A stretch of 64,000 nt of DNA from the sequence record SRR22947725_4314. The stretch is one strand, 5' to 3'. The first letter of the stretch is position 1; every line of letters begins with the position of its first letter. The notes below the pieces were generated by a model. It made no database searches and had not been told where the DNA came from. It worked only from the letters and a program-made list of their open reading frames with translations. A program made the translations under genes and the position numbers. Shown in pieces: positions 10,901-17,883 of the stretch.

Positions 10901-11305
10901 CTGGTACCAGGCCTCGTCGAACCAACGTGACTCGATCGCTCGAAGGCCTGGGGCGACGACGTCGTGCACCTTCATTTGGGTCGCTGATGACTTAGCGGCG
11001 ACAACAGCTCGGTGAAAGTGTGTGAGGGCGGCCCCGCGCGCTTCGGGGTTCATGATGAGATACGCCGCCGTGTCGAAATCTGGACCGGGATCTCGTCCCT
11101 CAGCCTCGCCGTGGTTGAGGAAATGAACGAGTGGTTCCACGCCAGCACGCCTCACGTCGTCATTGGCGCCGAGGTACCACGTCGCATCGAAGTACGGCGA
11201 GATGGATATTGCGCGCCGGCGCCAACTCTCGACTATGGCCAACCTGATGCGTTGTGCGGTGGCTGTTGGGCTCGCAAAGCGGGCAAGTGATGCGATTCTG
11301 CTCAC
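8000..11305 (-). CDS. Multidomain RgpF (rhamnan synthesis F)-like plus HAD-like protein
   Basis: HAYYLD, NRGRNFAP, LHLHTKKS, GGMFW, TLAHAIER (RgpF-like); SIDLFDTLL, HIGDNEFSD, FVDLGYSGT (HAD-like); N-terminal FD..WY repeats. Confidence 0.85.
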   Translation of the reverse strand: MSRIASLARFASPTATAQRIRLAIVESWRRRAISISPYFDATWYLGANDDVRRAGVEPLVHFLNHGEAEGRDPGPDFDTAAYLIMNPEARGAALTHFHRAVVAAKSSATQMKVHDVVAPGLRAIESRWFDEAWYQQRHASDATSFDSMQPLVHYYRTGHNPSPMFDHADYQSQLAAAGIDQHPLDHWLDQDAAANDQLIRPRVVSVAPIGQPASRQLVQHRVRAPFELADLDIVVMVHAYYLDVLPSLLRRLPLLPAPPVLLVSVTCRADASKAHRIIDTVLGPDQSRIVKVAPNRGRNFAPLLCSFAEEVRDHDYLLHLHTKKSLYSGDEKSDWRNHLVTSLLPSAPGVDAILSLFADDPTVGVVQAPNWEHFPYWGNHWLGNGPVGAKLYERLGVDDRQAHGYVMYPVGGMFWAKVDALRPLLDLGLTVGDFDREHGQTDRTLAHAIERTIPAAAASVGFDTVEFDYSAAQWRRNWSLSNAPDFGASDPEALRAALQSADLVSIDLFDTLLLRPALDPDALFDVLSRQFDAAPSVLNRLPHSGHQLVQLRRESESQLRRGNEISGDVTLNEIYSRACAEHPSQAEGLNQLKRLELDLEHRVAIPRTWLIDELLHDRSKRSGLDGPPRRYVLMTDTTQPLQAIEALLTEIGAGDLLDDLYVSNACRARKDTGSMWDLVRELETPAPGRWLHIGDNEFSDIQQASDRGINTFHIPSPGSVAHFWGVNTSQLAPAVRTGTQLVGGHGLAALFSGSQRPGPTGESPQTTAMEKFGYGVLGPITLGFVSWLTHTARDHKIDRLLFTARDGHLALEVFRRVRPFLPADLPRADYFFMSRRIALALSQHDGEHLDNVCAADYSNGSVSDLLDVRLGFTLPGDRGARLGATPVSLPRDAAWLRDQLDEFRHDIAAHGGRELAAFRAYLSFLDIGPDEHLGFVDLGYSGTTQKALSPLIDQQMTGLYYVTTAAANELGSTALSCFGRDAVFGNSNPIYERALEFELLCSAAHPQVSRFVADSRGLRVMCDSSTAAPLELRRYVETAQAAALRFVHDHIERFGPELLDERVEPTLVIGALETSMNPVMGDLEEIFGSFVSNDLFSGRRQ

Positions 11306-11405
11306 CGAGGTGTGCGAGCTTCGCTGGTCCGTCCACCCACAACCATGCCCTTGACGATATCAGTGGTGGCGTTGTCGCCATCGATCCGTCGAGATCGGTC
11401 GCGAA

Positions 11406-11810
11406 TTAGGTGCTGACGACGTCGAAGCCGAGGCCGAGCGCGACGCCGAGCTGGGGTGGGTCGAAGGTGACGAATCGAAGTGGCTTCGGGAGGCGTTCGG
11501 CCGCCGCGAAGTGAATCGCATCGGTCAGTCGGACGGGTTGGCTGCGGGCCAACGCTGCGGCTCGATCGAGGCAGCGCTGGTCGACTGGGACGACGTGCAG
11601 GTGGTCCCATGCGAGGCGGACGGCGTCTTCGAGATCGAGACGGATGATGGGCTGATCGTTGAGTCGGTCGATAGCTGGCAGTGCCTCGGTGAGAGCCATT
11701 GCCGATGCCGCCCAGATGTCTTCTTCGCTGAGGACGTCGAGGACCACTTGGCGTTGTGGGCCGTCAATGGTGAGAGCGAGCAGCGCGCTGGTGTCAAGAA
11801 AGAGCGTCAC
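11406..11810 (-). CDS. vapC: VapC-family PIN-domain toxin
   Basis: LFLDTSALL, TE, DAIHFAAA and FVTFD supply the acidic quartet; GTGA overlap with the antitoxin. Confidence 0.88.
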   Translation of the reverse strand: MTLFLDTSALLALTIDGPQRQVVLDVLSEEDIWAASAMALTEALPAIDRLNDQPIIRLDLEDAVRLAWDHLHVVPVDQRCLDRAAALARSQPVRLTDAIHFAAAERLPKPLRFVTFDPPQLGVALGLGFDVVST

Positions 11811-12109
11811 CCGCGGAGCTCTCGGAGGACCTGGTCGATGCGTGAGCCGGCCCAAACTGGGACCGGTGCTGGTGCTCGAAACTCTGTGGCGCGGCGGGGT
11901 GGGATGACGGCGCCGGCGCCGATCAGTCGGTCGAGGTCGGGTGCGTCGGCATCGAGTGGACCGAGTTGAGCCGTCGGGCGTCCACTCGTCGTGATCACGG
12001 TGCGTTGGCCTGCCGAGGCTCGGCGGATGGCGTCAGTGAGTCCGGCGCGCAGCTCGCGAATGCCGACCGTTGGTGCCCCCGGCTCAGGAGTCAATGGTGA
12101 TGTGTACAC
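11807..12109 (-). CDS. Phd/YefM-family antitoxin
   Basis: TVGIRELRAGL...ASAGQRTVITTSGRPTAQL; upstream of and coupled to the PIN toxin; start uncertain (12109 or 12121). Confidence 0.85.
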   Translation of the reverse strand: MYTSPLTPEPGAPTVGIRELRAGLTDAIRRASAGQRTVITTSGRPTAQLGPLDADAPDLDRLIGAGAVIPPRRATEFRAPAPVPVWAGSRIDQVLRELRG

Positions 12110-12120
12110 AGGTGTACACA
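12101..12120. promoter_or_regulatory. Tandem TGTACA-core palindromes, likely TA autorepression operator
   Basis: TGTGTACACA-GGTGTACACA overlapping the antitoxin start. Confidence 0.75.
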
Positions 12121-12163
12121 ATCAGATTTGGCAACGTCATGCAAATGGACCATGATCTCACCC

Positions 12164-13270
12164 ATGAACTTTGCTTTCACCGAAGAACAAGAAGAGCTCC
12201 GCAAGACTGTGCGGGCCTTCCTCGAAGCCAAGAGCTCCGAAGAGGCCGTGCGTGAGCAGATGGAGACCGACAACGGTGTCGACGACGCCGTCTGGGCCCA
12301 GATGGGCGAGCAGATGGGTCTCCAGGGCCTGCACATCCCCGAAGAGTTCGGCGGATCGGGCTACGGCTACGTCGAGCTCGGCATCGTGCTTGAAGAGATG
12401 GGTCGCTCGCTGCTGTGTGCACCGTTCTTCTCGACCGTCGTCCTCGCTGCGAACGCATTGCTGCTTTCGGGCGACGACGCTGCCAAGCAGGCTCACCTGC
12501 CCGGCATTGCTGCTGGCACCACCAAGGCCACCGTTGCCTTCACCGAGCCGAACGGCAAGTGGGACGACTCTGGCATCGAAGCAACCGCTGATGCCGACGG
12601 CAAGATCACCGGCACGAAGAGCTTCGTGCTCGATGGCAACACCGCTGACCTGATCATCGTCGCTGCGAAGACCGCAGCAGGCACCAGCCTGTTCGCCGTC
12701 GACAGCAACGCTGCGGGCCTCACCAAGACCGCACTGTCCACGATGGATCAGACCCGCAAGCAGTCGAAGCTCGAATTCGACGGTGTGCAGGGCACGCTCA
12801 TCGGCACCGACGGTGGCGGCTGGGACATCCTGCAGGGGATGCTCGACCTCGCCGCAGTCAGCCTCGCTGCCGAGCAGGTCGGTGGCGCGCAGATGGTCCT
12901 CGAGATGGCTGTTGAGTACGCCAAGGTGCGTGTGCAGTTCGGTCGCCCGATCGGCTCGTTCCAGGCCATCAAGCACAAGTGCGCCGACATGCTCCTCGAA
13001 GTCGAGTCGGCCAAGTCCGCTGCCTACTACGGCATGTGGTGCGCTGCTGAGATGAACGACGAGCTCGCCTCGACCGCATCGCTCGCCAAGGCGTACTGCT
13101 CGGAGGCGTACTTCCACGCAGCAGCGGAGAACATCCAGATTCACGGTGGTATCGGCTTCACTTGGGAGCACCCGGCACATCTGTACTTCAAGCGTGCCAA
13201 GAGCTCTGAGCTTCTCTTCGGTGACCCGACCTATCACCGTGAGCAGCTTGCGCAGCGCATCGGTATCTGA
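12164..13270 (+). CDS. Acyl-CoA dehydrogenase
   Basis: MNFAFTEEQEELR, PEEFGG, RVQFGRPIGSFQAIKHK, IQIHGGIGFTWEH. Confidence 0.95.
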   Translation: MNFAFTEEQEELRKTVRAFLEAKSSEEAVREQMETDNGVDDAVWAQMGEQMGLQGLHIPEEFGGSGYGYVELGIVLEEMGRSLLCAPFFSTVVLAANALLLSGDDAAKQAHLPGIAAGTTKATVAFTEPNGKWDDSGIEATADADGKITGTKSFVLDGNTADLIIVAAKTAAGTSLFAVDSNAAGLTKTALSTMDQTRKQSKLEFDGVQGTLIGTDGGGWDILQGMLDLAAVSLAAEQVGGAQMVLEMAVEYAKVRVQFGRPIGSFQAIKHKCADMLLEVESAKSAAYYGMWCAAEMNDELASTASLAKAYCSEAYFHAAAENIQIHGGIGFTWEHPAHLYFKRAKSSELLFGDPTYHREQLAQRIGI

Positions 13271-13368
13271 CAACGACGTGACGCTCTGCGCCACGTAGCA
13301 ACTGTCTGCCGCCCGGCTCACTGTGTGGGTCGGGCGGTTGCGCGTCTTGACTCGTATCATTGCTATCG

Positions 13369-13830
13369 ATGGAGCCCGTAACGATTGTCTTTGCTGTCGC
13401 GTCGGCGTTGATCGTGTTTGCGATCGCTGCCGCGTCGGTTGGGCGAGAGGCGCACCGGCTCGATGCTGTGGCACCGCGGACGGTGTATCTGCTCGATGAA
13501 GCCACGGACTTTGTCTGTGACCGTTTGCCGGAGGAGAGCCAGGCACGCCTGACCCCCGAAGAGGTCCAGCAGCTGTTGGTGTTTCACATGCAGTGGCTGC
13601 ACTCACAGGGGTTGCAGCCCGATGACGTGGTGGATGTCCCGCAGGGCATCGACGAGACCCTGGTTGTTACCGAGGATTCGCTCACGGCGTATTTGCTCGG
13701 AGAGTCTGATCGGAACAACGTCGATTTGCTCGATGATGTCGATGCCGTGCATGTCGTCGAAGCGCACCTTGCGTACTTCGAGGCGATTGGTGCGGTTGGT
13801 CCGCAAGCGCCGCTTGATGACGTGATCTGA
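13369..13830 (+). CDS. Hypothetical membrane-anchored protein
   Basis: N-terminal TM helix followed by an acidic domain; TATCAT shortly upstream of the ATG. Confidence 0.75.
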   Translation: MEPVTIVFAVASALIVFAIAAASVGREAHRLDAVAPRTVYLLDEATDFVCDRLPEESQARLTPEEVQQLLVFHMQWLHSQGLQPDDVVDVPQGIDETLVVTEDSLTAYLLGESDRNNVDLLDDVDAVHVVEAHLAYFEAIGAVGPQAPLDDVI

Positions 13831-13846
13831 GAATTTCGAAATTCTC
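13829..13846. promoter_or_regulatory. Perfect 18-bp AT-rich palindrome
   Basis: GAGAATTTCGAAATTCTC equals its own reverse complement. Confidence 0.55.
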
Positions 13847-13918
13847 TGAAACCGGTCCGACATCGCCGTCGGCGGTGTGCTGAACTGTGCCCACCAGAGA
13901 GAGGAGGTGGTCCAGATA

Positions 13919-13963
13919 ATGCCAGACAGTTATTGCGGGATCCTGGAGGTGGTTGGCCGCTAG
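13919..13963 (+). CDS. Putative 14-aa peptide MPDSYCGILEVVGR
   Basis: AGGAGG at 13902-13907; frame conserved in the second copy. Confidence 0.55.
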   Translation: MPDSYCGILEVVGR

Positions 13964-14100
13964 GTCAACAGGCTGGATCGCCTGGCGAATTTAACGCCAA
14001 CCCCGCTGCAACTCATCGCCGCAAGTGATCCCGGTGGCGTGACGACGACATCGAGTGATGTCGTCGGCTCGTGATGAGTGCAGTCCCAAACAGTTGTGTT

Positions 14101-14134
14101 CGACGCCCGAGTGCCACCCGGTGCTCGGGCGTCG
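14101..14134 (+). terminator. Strong hairpin closing RNA copy 1
   Basis: CGACGCCCGAG / CTCGGGCGTCG perfect 11-bp stem, extendable; no long U-tract. Confidence 0.6.
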
Positions 14135-14212
14135 TCGCGTTCGCAGATGTCATTGCTGGTGTGTCAGCGCGCAATGAGTCCTGAGGGCTGCCGTCCAGTA
14201 ACTTTGCTGTTG

Positions 14213-14437
14213 ATGGATCATCACCCGAAGTTCGAAGAGAGCCGATTCCTGGGCGACAAGCGCACGCAGCTCGTTTACGACTTGCAATTGTGGGACGACG
14301 ACGACGTCATCAACGAGTTCGTCGGTCTCGGCGTCGCGCTGAGTTTCAGTCCGGATGAACTGCCCGAAGCCCGTAATCGCGGCTATACGCTGGCAACGCC
14401 CGGCAAGAAGCGTATGCGCCGCGCTCCACGAGCCTGA
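14213..14437 (+). CDS. Small hypothetical protein (74 aa), copy 1
   Basis: MDHHPKFEESRFLGDKRTQLVYDL...ARNRGY; paralog at 16842 with mainly synonymous or conservative changes. Confidence 0.85.
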   Translation: MDHHPKFEESRFLGDKRTQLVYDLQLWDDDDVINEFVGLGVALSFSPDELPEARNRGYTLATPGKKRMRRAPRA

Positions 14438-14452
14438 GGCGGCCATCCGATC

Positions 14453-15238
14453 ATGCCCGGGATGAACGAGCGGTTCGATTCGAACGGCCTGTCTCTCGCC
14501 TGTCATGTCGCCCGTCCACCAGGTGATGCTCGGCCCGGACCGGGCGTCATCCTGTGTCACGGCTTCCCAATCGGGCCGCTCGACGCGCAGCTGTCCGGCG
14601 GAACATTTCCCCAGCTGATGGATCGCGTCGCCAGCGGACTCGGCTCCGTGGCAATGACCTTCAATTTTCGGGGTTGTGGGGATAGCGCGGGCGACTTCTC
14701 TCTGCAGGGTTGGGTTGACGACCTACGGAACGCCATCTCGCATCTTCAGAGCGTGAGTGAACCGGACGGTGTGATTCTGGTTGGTACGAACACTGGTGGC
14801 TCGATTGCGGTGTGCGTCGGTGCTGACGATCCGCGAGTTTGTGCGGTGGGGTTGCTGAGCCCACGAGCCGACTTCGATGACTGGGCAGATCACCCGCGTC
14901 GCTTTCTTGAGCACGCCCGCGAGATCGGTGCGATTAAGCAGCGCCAGTTCCCTGATTCGGTCGACGAGTGGGCTCGCGAGTTCCGACGATTTCGGCCCGT
15001 AGCGTCAGCTCGCCGGTTTGCGCCGCGTCCGATGCTGGTGATGCACGGTGAAGAAGACGACTCGGTACCGGTGTCTGACGCACGACAGTTGGTCAACGCC
15101 CATGGCGATGCTGAGCTGAGTTTGTTTGTCGGTGCCGGTCATCGTCTACGTCACGATCCGCGTGCTGTGGCGGTACTTCTTGGCTGGCTTGACCGTATGC
15201 GGTCGGTGACTGTGCACCCCGCCGCCGAGATCGTATGA
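14453..15238 (+). CDS. Alpha/beta-hydrolase-fold protein, copy 1
   Basis: ILCHGFP, FNFRGCGDS.G, GTNTGG elbow, HGEEDDSVP, GAGH. Confidence 0.9.
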   Translation: MPGMNERFDSNGLSLACHVARPPGDARPGPGVILCHGFPIGPLDAQLSGGTFPQLMDRVASGLGSVAMTFNFRGCGDSAGDFSLQGWVDDLRNAISHLQSVSEPDGVILVGTNTGGSIAVCVGADDPRVCAVGLLSPRADFDDWADHPRRFLEHAREIGAIKQRQFPDSVDEWAREFRRFRPVASARRFAPRPMLVMHGEEDDSVPVSDARQLVNAHGDAELSLFVGAGHRLRHDPRAVAVLLGWLDRMRSVTVHPAAEIV

Positions 15239-15621
15239 CTATCAGCCCGCGGGCTTTTGGGCGTGATTGTCGTTCAGCGGCTGCGGTCGATTTGGCTGAT
15301 ACGCCACTCGTGGGCAATTCGAACGATGAGTTCCAAACCATGCCAAGTCGACCAGCCCAACGTTTTGAGTGCGCGATCGGGGTTCGCATAGGTCGATACG
15401 TGATTGCCGGCGCGGCGAGCGACGACCGTGTGAGATACGGAGCGCTGAGCAACCGCTGCAGTGGGGTTGATCACGTCGAATACGGATGAATCCGTGTCAG
15501 TGCTGACGGGGCTGCGGTCGACTCGGGTCGTCTTGGAGTTATCGCAGCAGTGAGAAAATCTTCAAAGATGATCCCACATAGTGGTCCGCGATGTGCCGGA
15601 CCCGACTAGCGAGAGTAAAGC

Positions 15622-15837
15622 TGGTCCAGATGTTGCCAGACAGTCATTGTGGGATCCGGGAGGTGGTTGGCCGCCGGTGACAGTTGCCACGGGTCAACAG
15701 GCCGGATCGCCTGGCGAATACACGCCAACCCCGCTGTCTCTCATCGCCGCAACCGATCCCAGCGGTGTGTTCGAACCGAATCGATCACTCGATCGTCACG
15801 GCTCGACTCTCGGTGAGGGCAGTCCCAATCAGTGTGT
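15622..15837 (+). ncRNA. Unidentified structured RNA element, copy 2
   Basis: Homologous to 13909-14098; indels fall in loops and variable arms. Confidence 0.65.
15630..15680 (+). CDS. Putative 16-aa peptide MLPDSHCGIREVVGRR
   Basis: In-frame homolog of 13919-13963; SD absent in this copy. Confidence 0.4.
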   Translation: MLPDSHCGIREVVGRR

Positions 15838-16749
15838 GCGCGCTCGGGATGATGGTTCGGGGTAAGGGTGAGTGGTACAGTTCTCCGGTCGGTGCTGAAC
15901 CGTGAAGACCATCGGACTGGTCCACGACGCCGGCACCTTGCGGAGCAGACTCAACAACCCGACGCGGTTGGCCGTGCGGGCGCCGACTTCGAGCACGCGA
16001 CTGTGTCGGTTGGCGAACTGCTCATCGGTCGAGAGCCGTTCGAGTGAGTCCGCTAGTCGGCCGGTCTCGAATTCGGCGGCGTAGCCGTTGTCATCTGCCC
16101 AGTTCCGCACTCCGCTCAATGTGATCCAGTTGAGGGAGCGCCACAGATCGGACTCCTTGATCCGGGCAGGAAGCAGTCGTTCGGTCGCTGCCGGCCGACT
16201 GGGGACGAGGAGCACTCCGAAATGGGGCTCGTAGGGGAACGTGTAGTTCGGGCAGGAAAGGTACATCGTTCCGTCGGGCGCCAAGACCGAACCGACAGCA
16301 TCCATTGCGCCGCGCCAGTCGGGCACATGCTCCAGAACGTTCAGGGAGTAGATCAGGTCGAATTCGCCATGGGTGGCAGGGTCGAGCGATTCAGCTCCGA
16401 TGTCGAGGAGCCGGGGTGCCGGCTCGAACGGGGGAAGTGCCGCGCGGGTGGCACCGATGAACTCGAATGCTGACCCGACCGGTTCGAGCTCGACCACGTC
16501 GTAGCCCTGCGAGCACAGAAAGCCGGCAAAGAACCCGATCCCACTGCCGATCTCCAGGACCCGCGTGTCGGGCTGAAGGCGCGGCTCGATCAGTTCGAGC
16601 GCGACTCAGGACTCGTTGACGTAGGTCGAGAGTTGTTCGGTTGCCTCCCCGAGTGGGATCTCGAGCGACCGAGCGATCGACTCTGCGATGTCGTCGAGGG
16701 CCAATGCCTCGATCGCGGCGCCCAGTTGATTGCTCAGATCTGTCGTCAT
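15829..16749 (-). pseudogene. Class I SAM methyltransferase interrupted by in-frame TGA at 16606-16608
   Basis: ...YVNES*VALELIEPRLQPDTRVLEIGSGIGFF... continues in frame into ORF 15829-16497 (NVLEHV, PNYTFPYEPHF). Confidence 0.75.
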
Positions 16750-16841
16750 CGGCAACAGACTATTCAGATCGGATGCCATCCGGAAGCTTCGCGGGGCCAC
16801 GCGACTGTGATCCGTCCGACGAGTACCAGGTAGCTTCGAGA

Positions 16842-17069
16842 GTGTTGGATCATCACCCGAAGTTCGAACACAGCGGGTTTCTCGGCGACAAGCGCACGCA
16901 GCTCGTCTACGGCCTCGAGTCATGGGACGACGACGATGTGATCAACGAATTCGTCGAGCTCGGTGTGGCGCTCAGTTTCGGCCCCGACGAACTCGCCGAG
17001 GCACGCAATCGGGGTTACACACTGGCAACGCCCGGCAAGAGCCGCATGAAGCGAGCGCCGCGGGCCTGA
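16842..17069 (+). CDS. Small hypothetical protein, copy 2
   Basis: VLDHHPKFEHSGFLGDKRTQLVY...; paralog of 14213. Confidence 0.85.
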   Translation: MLDHHPKFEHSGFLGDKRTQLVYGLESWDDDDVINEFVELGVALSFGPDELAEARNRGYTLATPGKSRMKRAPRA

Positions 17070-17088
17070 GCCCGCGCACAGGTTCCAC

Positions 17089-17877
17089 ATGCCCGGCATG
17101 AACGACCGGTTCTCCTCGAGCGGTCTGTCGCTCGCCTGCCACATCGCTCGCCCGCCAGGGGAGGTGCGGCCAGGGCCGGGTGTCATCCTGTGTCACGGAT
17201 TTCCGATCGGGCCGCTCGACGCCCAGCTCTCCGGAGGCACGTTCCCGCAGTTGATGGATCGCGTGGCCAGTGGTCTCGGCTGCGTCGCTATGACGTTCAA
17301 CTTCCGAGGCTGTGGCGACAGTGAAGGTGACTTTTCTCTGCAGGGCTGGGTCGACGATTTGCGCAACGCCATCACGCACCTCATGTCAGTCAGCAACCCG
17401 ACCGGCGTCATCGTGGTCGGCACCAACACGGGCGGCTCGATCGCAGTGTGTGTCGGCGCCGACGACCCGCAGGTGAGTGCCGTCGGGCTGTTGAGCCCGC
17501 GGGCCGACTTCGACGATTGGGCCGACCATCCGCGGAGGTTTCTCGAACACGCCCGAGAAATCGGCGCGATCAAGAACCGGCAGTTCCCGCCGTCGGTCGA
17601 CGAATGGGCTCGCGAGTTCCGTCGATTCCGTCCGGTCGCCTCAGCGCGCCGGTTTGCGCCGCGGCCCATGCTGGTGATGCACGGCGAAGACGACGATTCG
17701 GTACCGGTCACCGACGCACGTCAGCTCGTGACGGCGCACGGCGATGCCGAACTCAGCCTGTTCGTGGGTGCGGGGCACCGTTTGCGCCACGACCCGCGTG
17801 CCGTGGCGGTGTTGATCGGCTGGCTCGACCGGATGCGTTCCACCACGGTGCATCCGAGCGCCGAACTGGTCGACTGA
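17089..17877 (+). CDS. Alpha/beta-hydrolase-fold protein, copy 2
   Basis: Near-identical protein to 14453-15238. Confidence 0.9.
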   Translation: MPGMNDRFSSSGLSLACHIARPPGEVRPGPGVILCHGFPIGPLDAQLSGGTFPQLMDRVASGLGCVAMTFNFRGCGDSEGDFSLQGWVDDLRNAITHLMSVSNPTGVIVVGTNTGGSIAVCVGADDPQVSAVGLLSPRADFDDWADHPRRFLEHAREIGAIKNRQFPPSVDEWAREFRRFRPVASARRFAPRPMLVMHGEDDDSVPVTDARQLVTAHGDAELSLFVGAGHRLRHDPRAVAVLIGWLDRMRSTTVHPSAELVD

Positions 17878-17883
17878 ACCCGA

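Larger units (their letters stand above)
13900..14134 (+). ncRNA. Unidentified structured RNA element, copy 1
   Basis: Non-coding gap homologous to 15622-15837; several stems with compensatory or GU-consistent changes. Confidence 0.7.

Noticed and set aside
13900-14134. Assignment to cobalamin, SAM-IV, c-di-AMP or TPP riboswitch, raiA motif or 6C RNA
   Set aside because: I did not find the diagnostic conserved nucleotides on either strand by eye; a covariance-model search is still needed.
16606-16608. TGA as selenocysteine in the methyltransferase
   Set aside because: It is not at a redox Cys position and I saw no convincing SECIS; a nonsense mutation is simpler.
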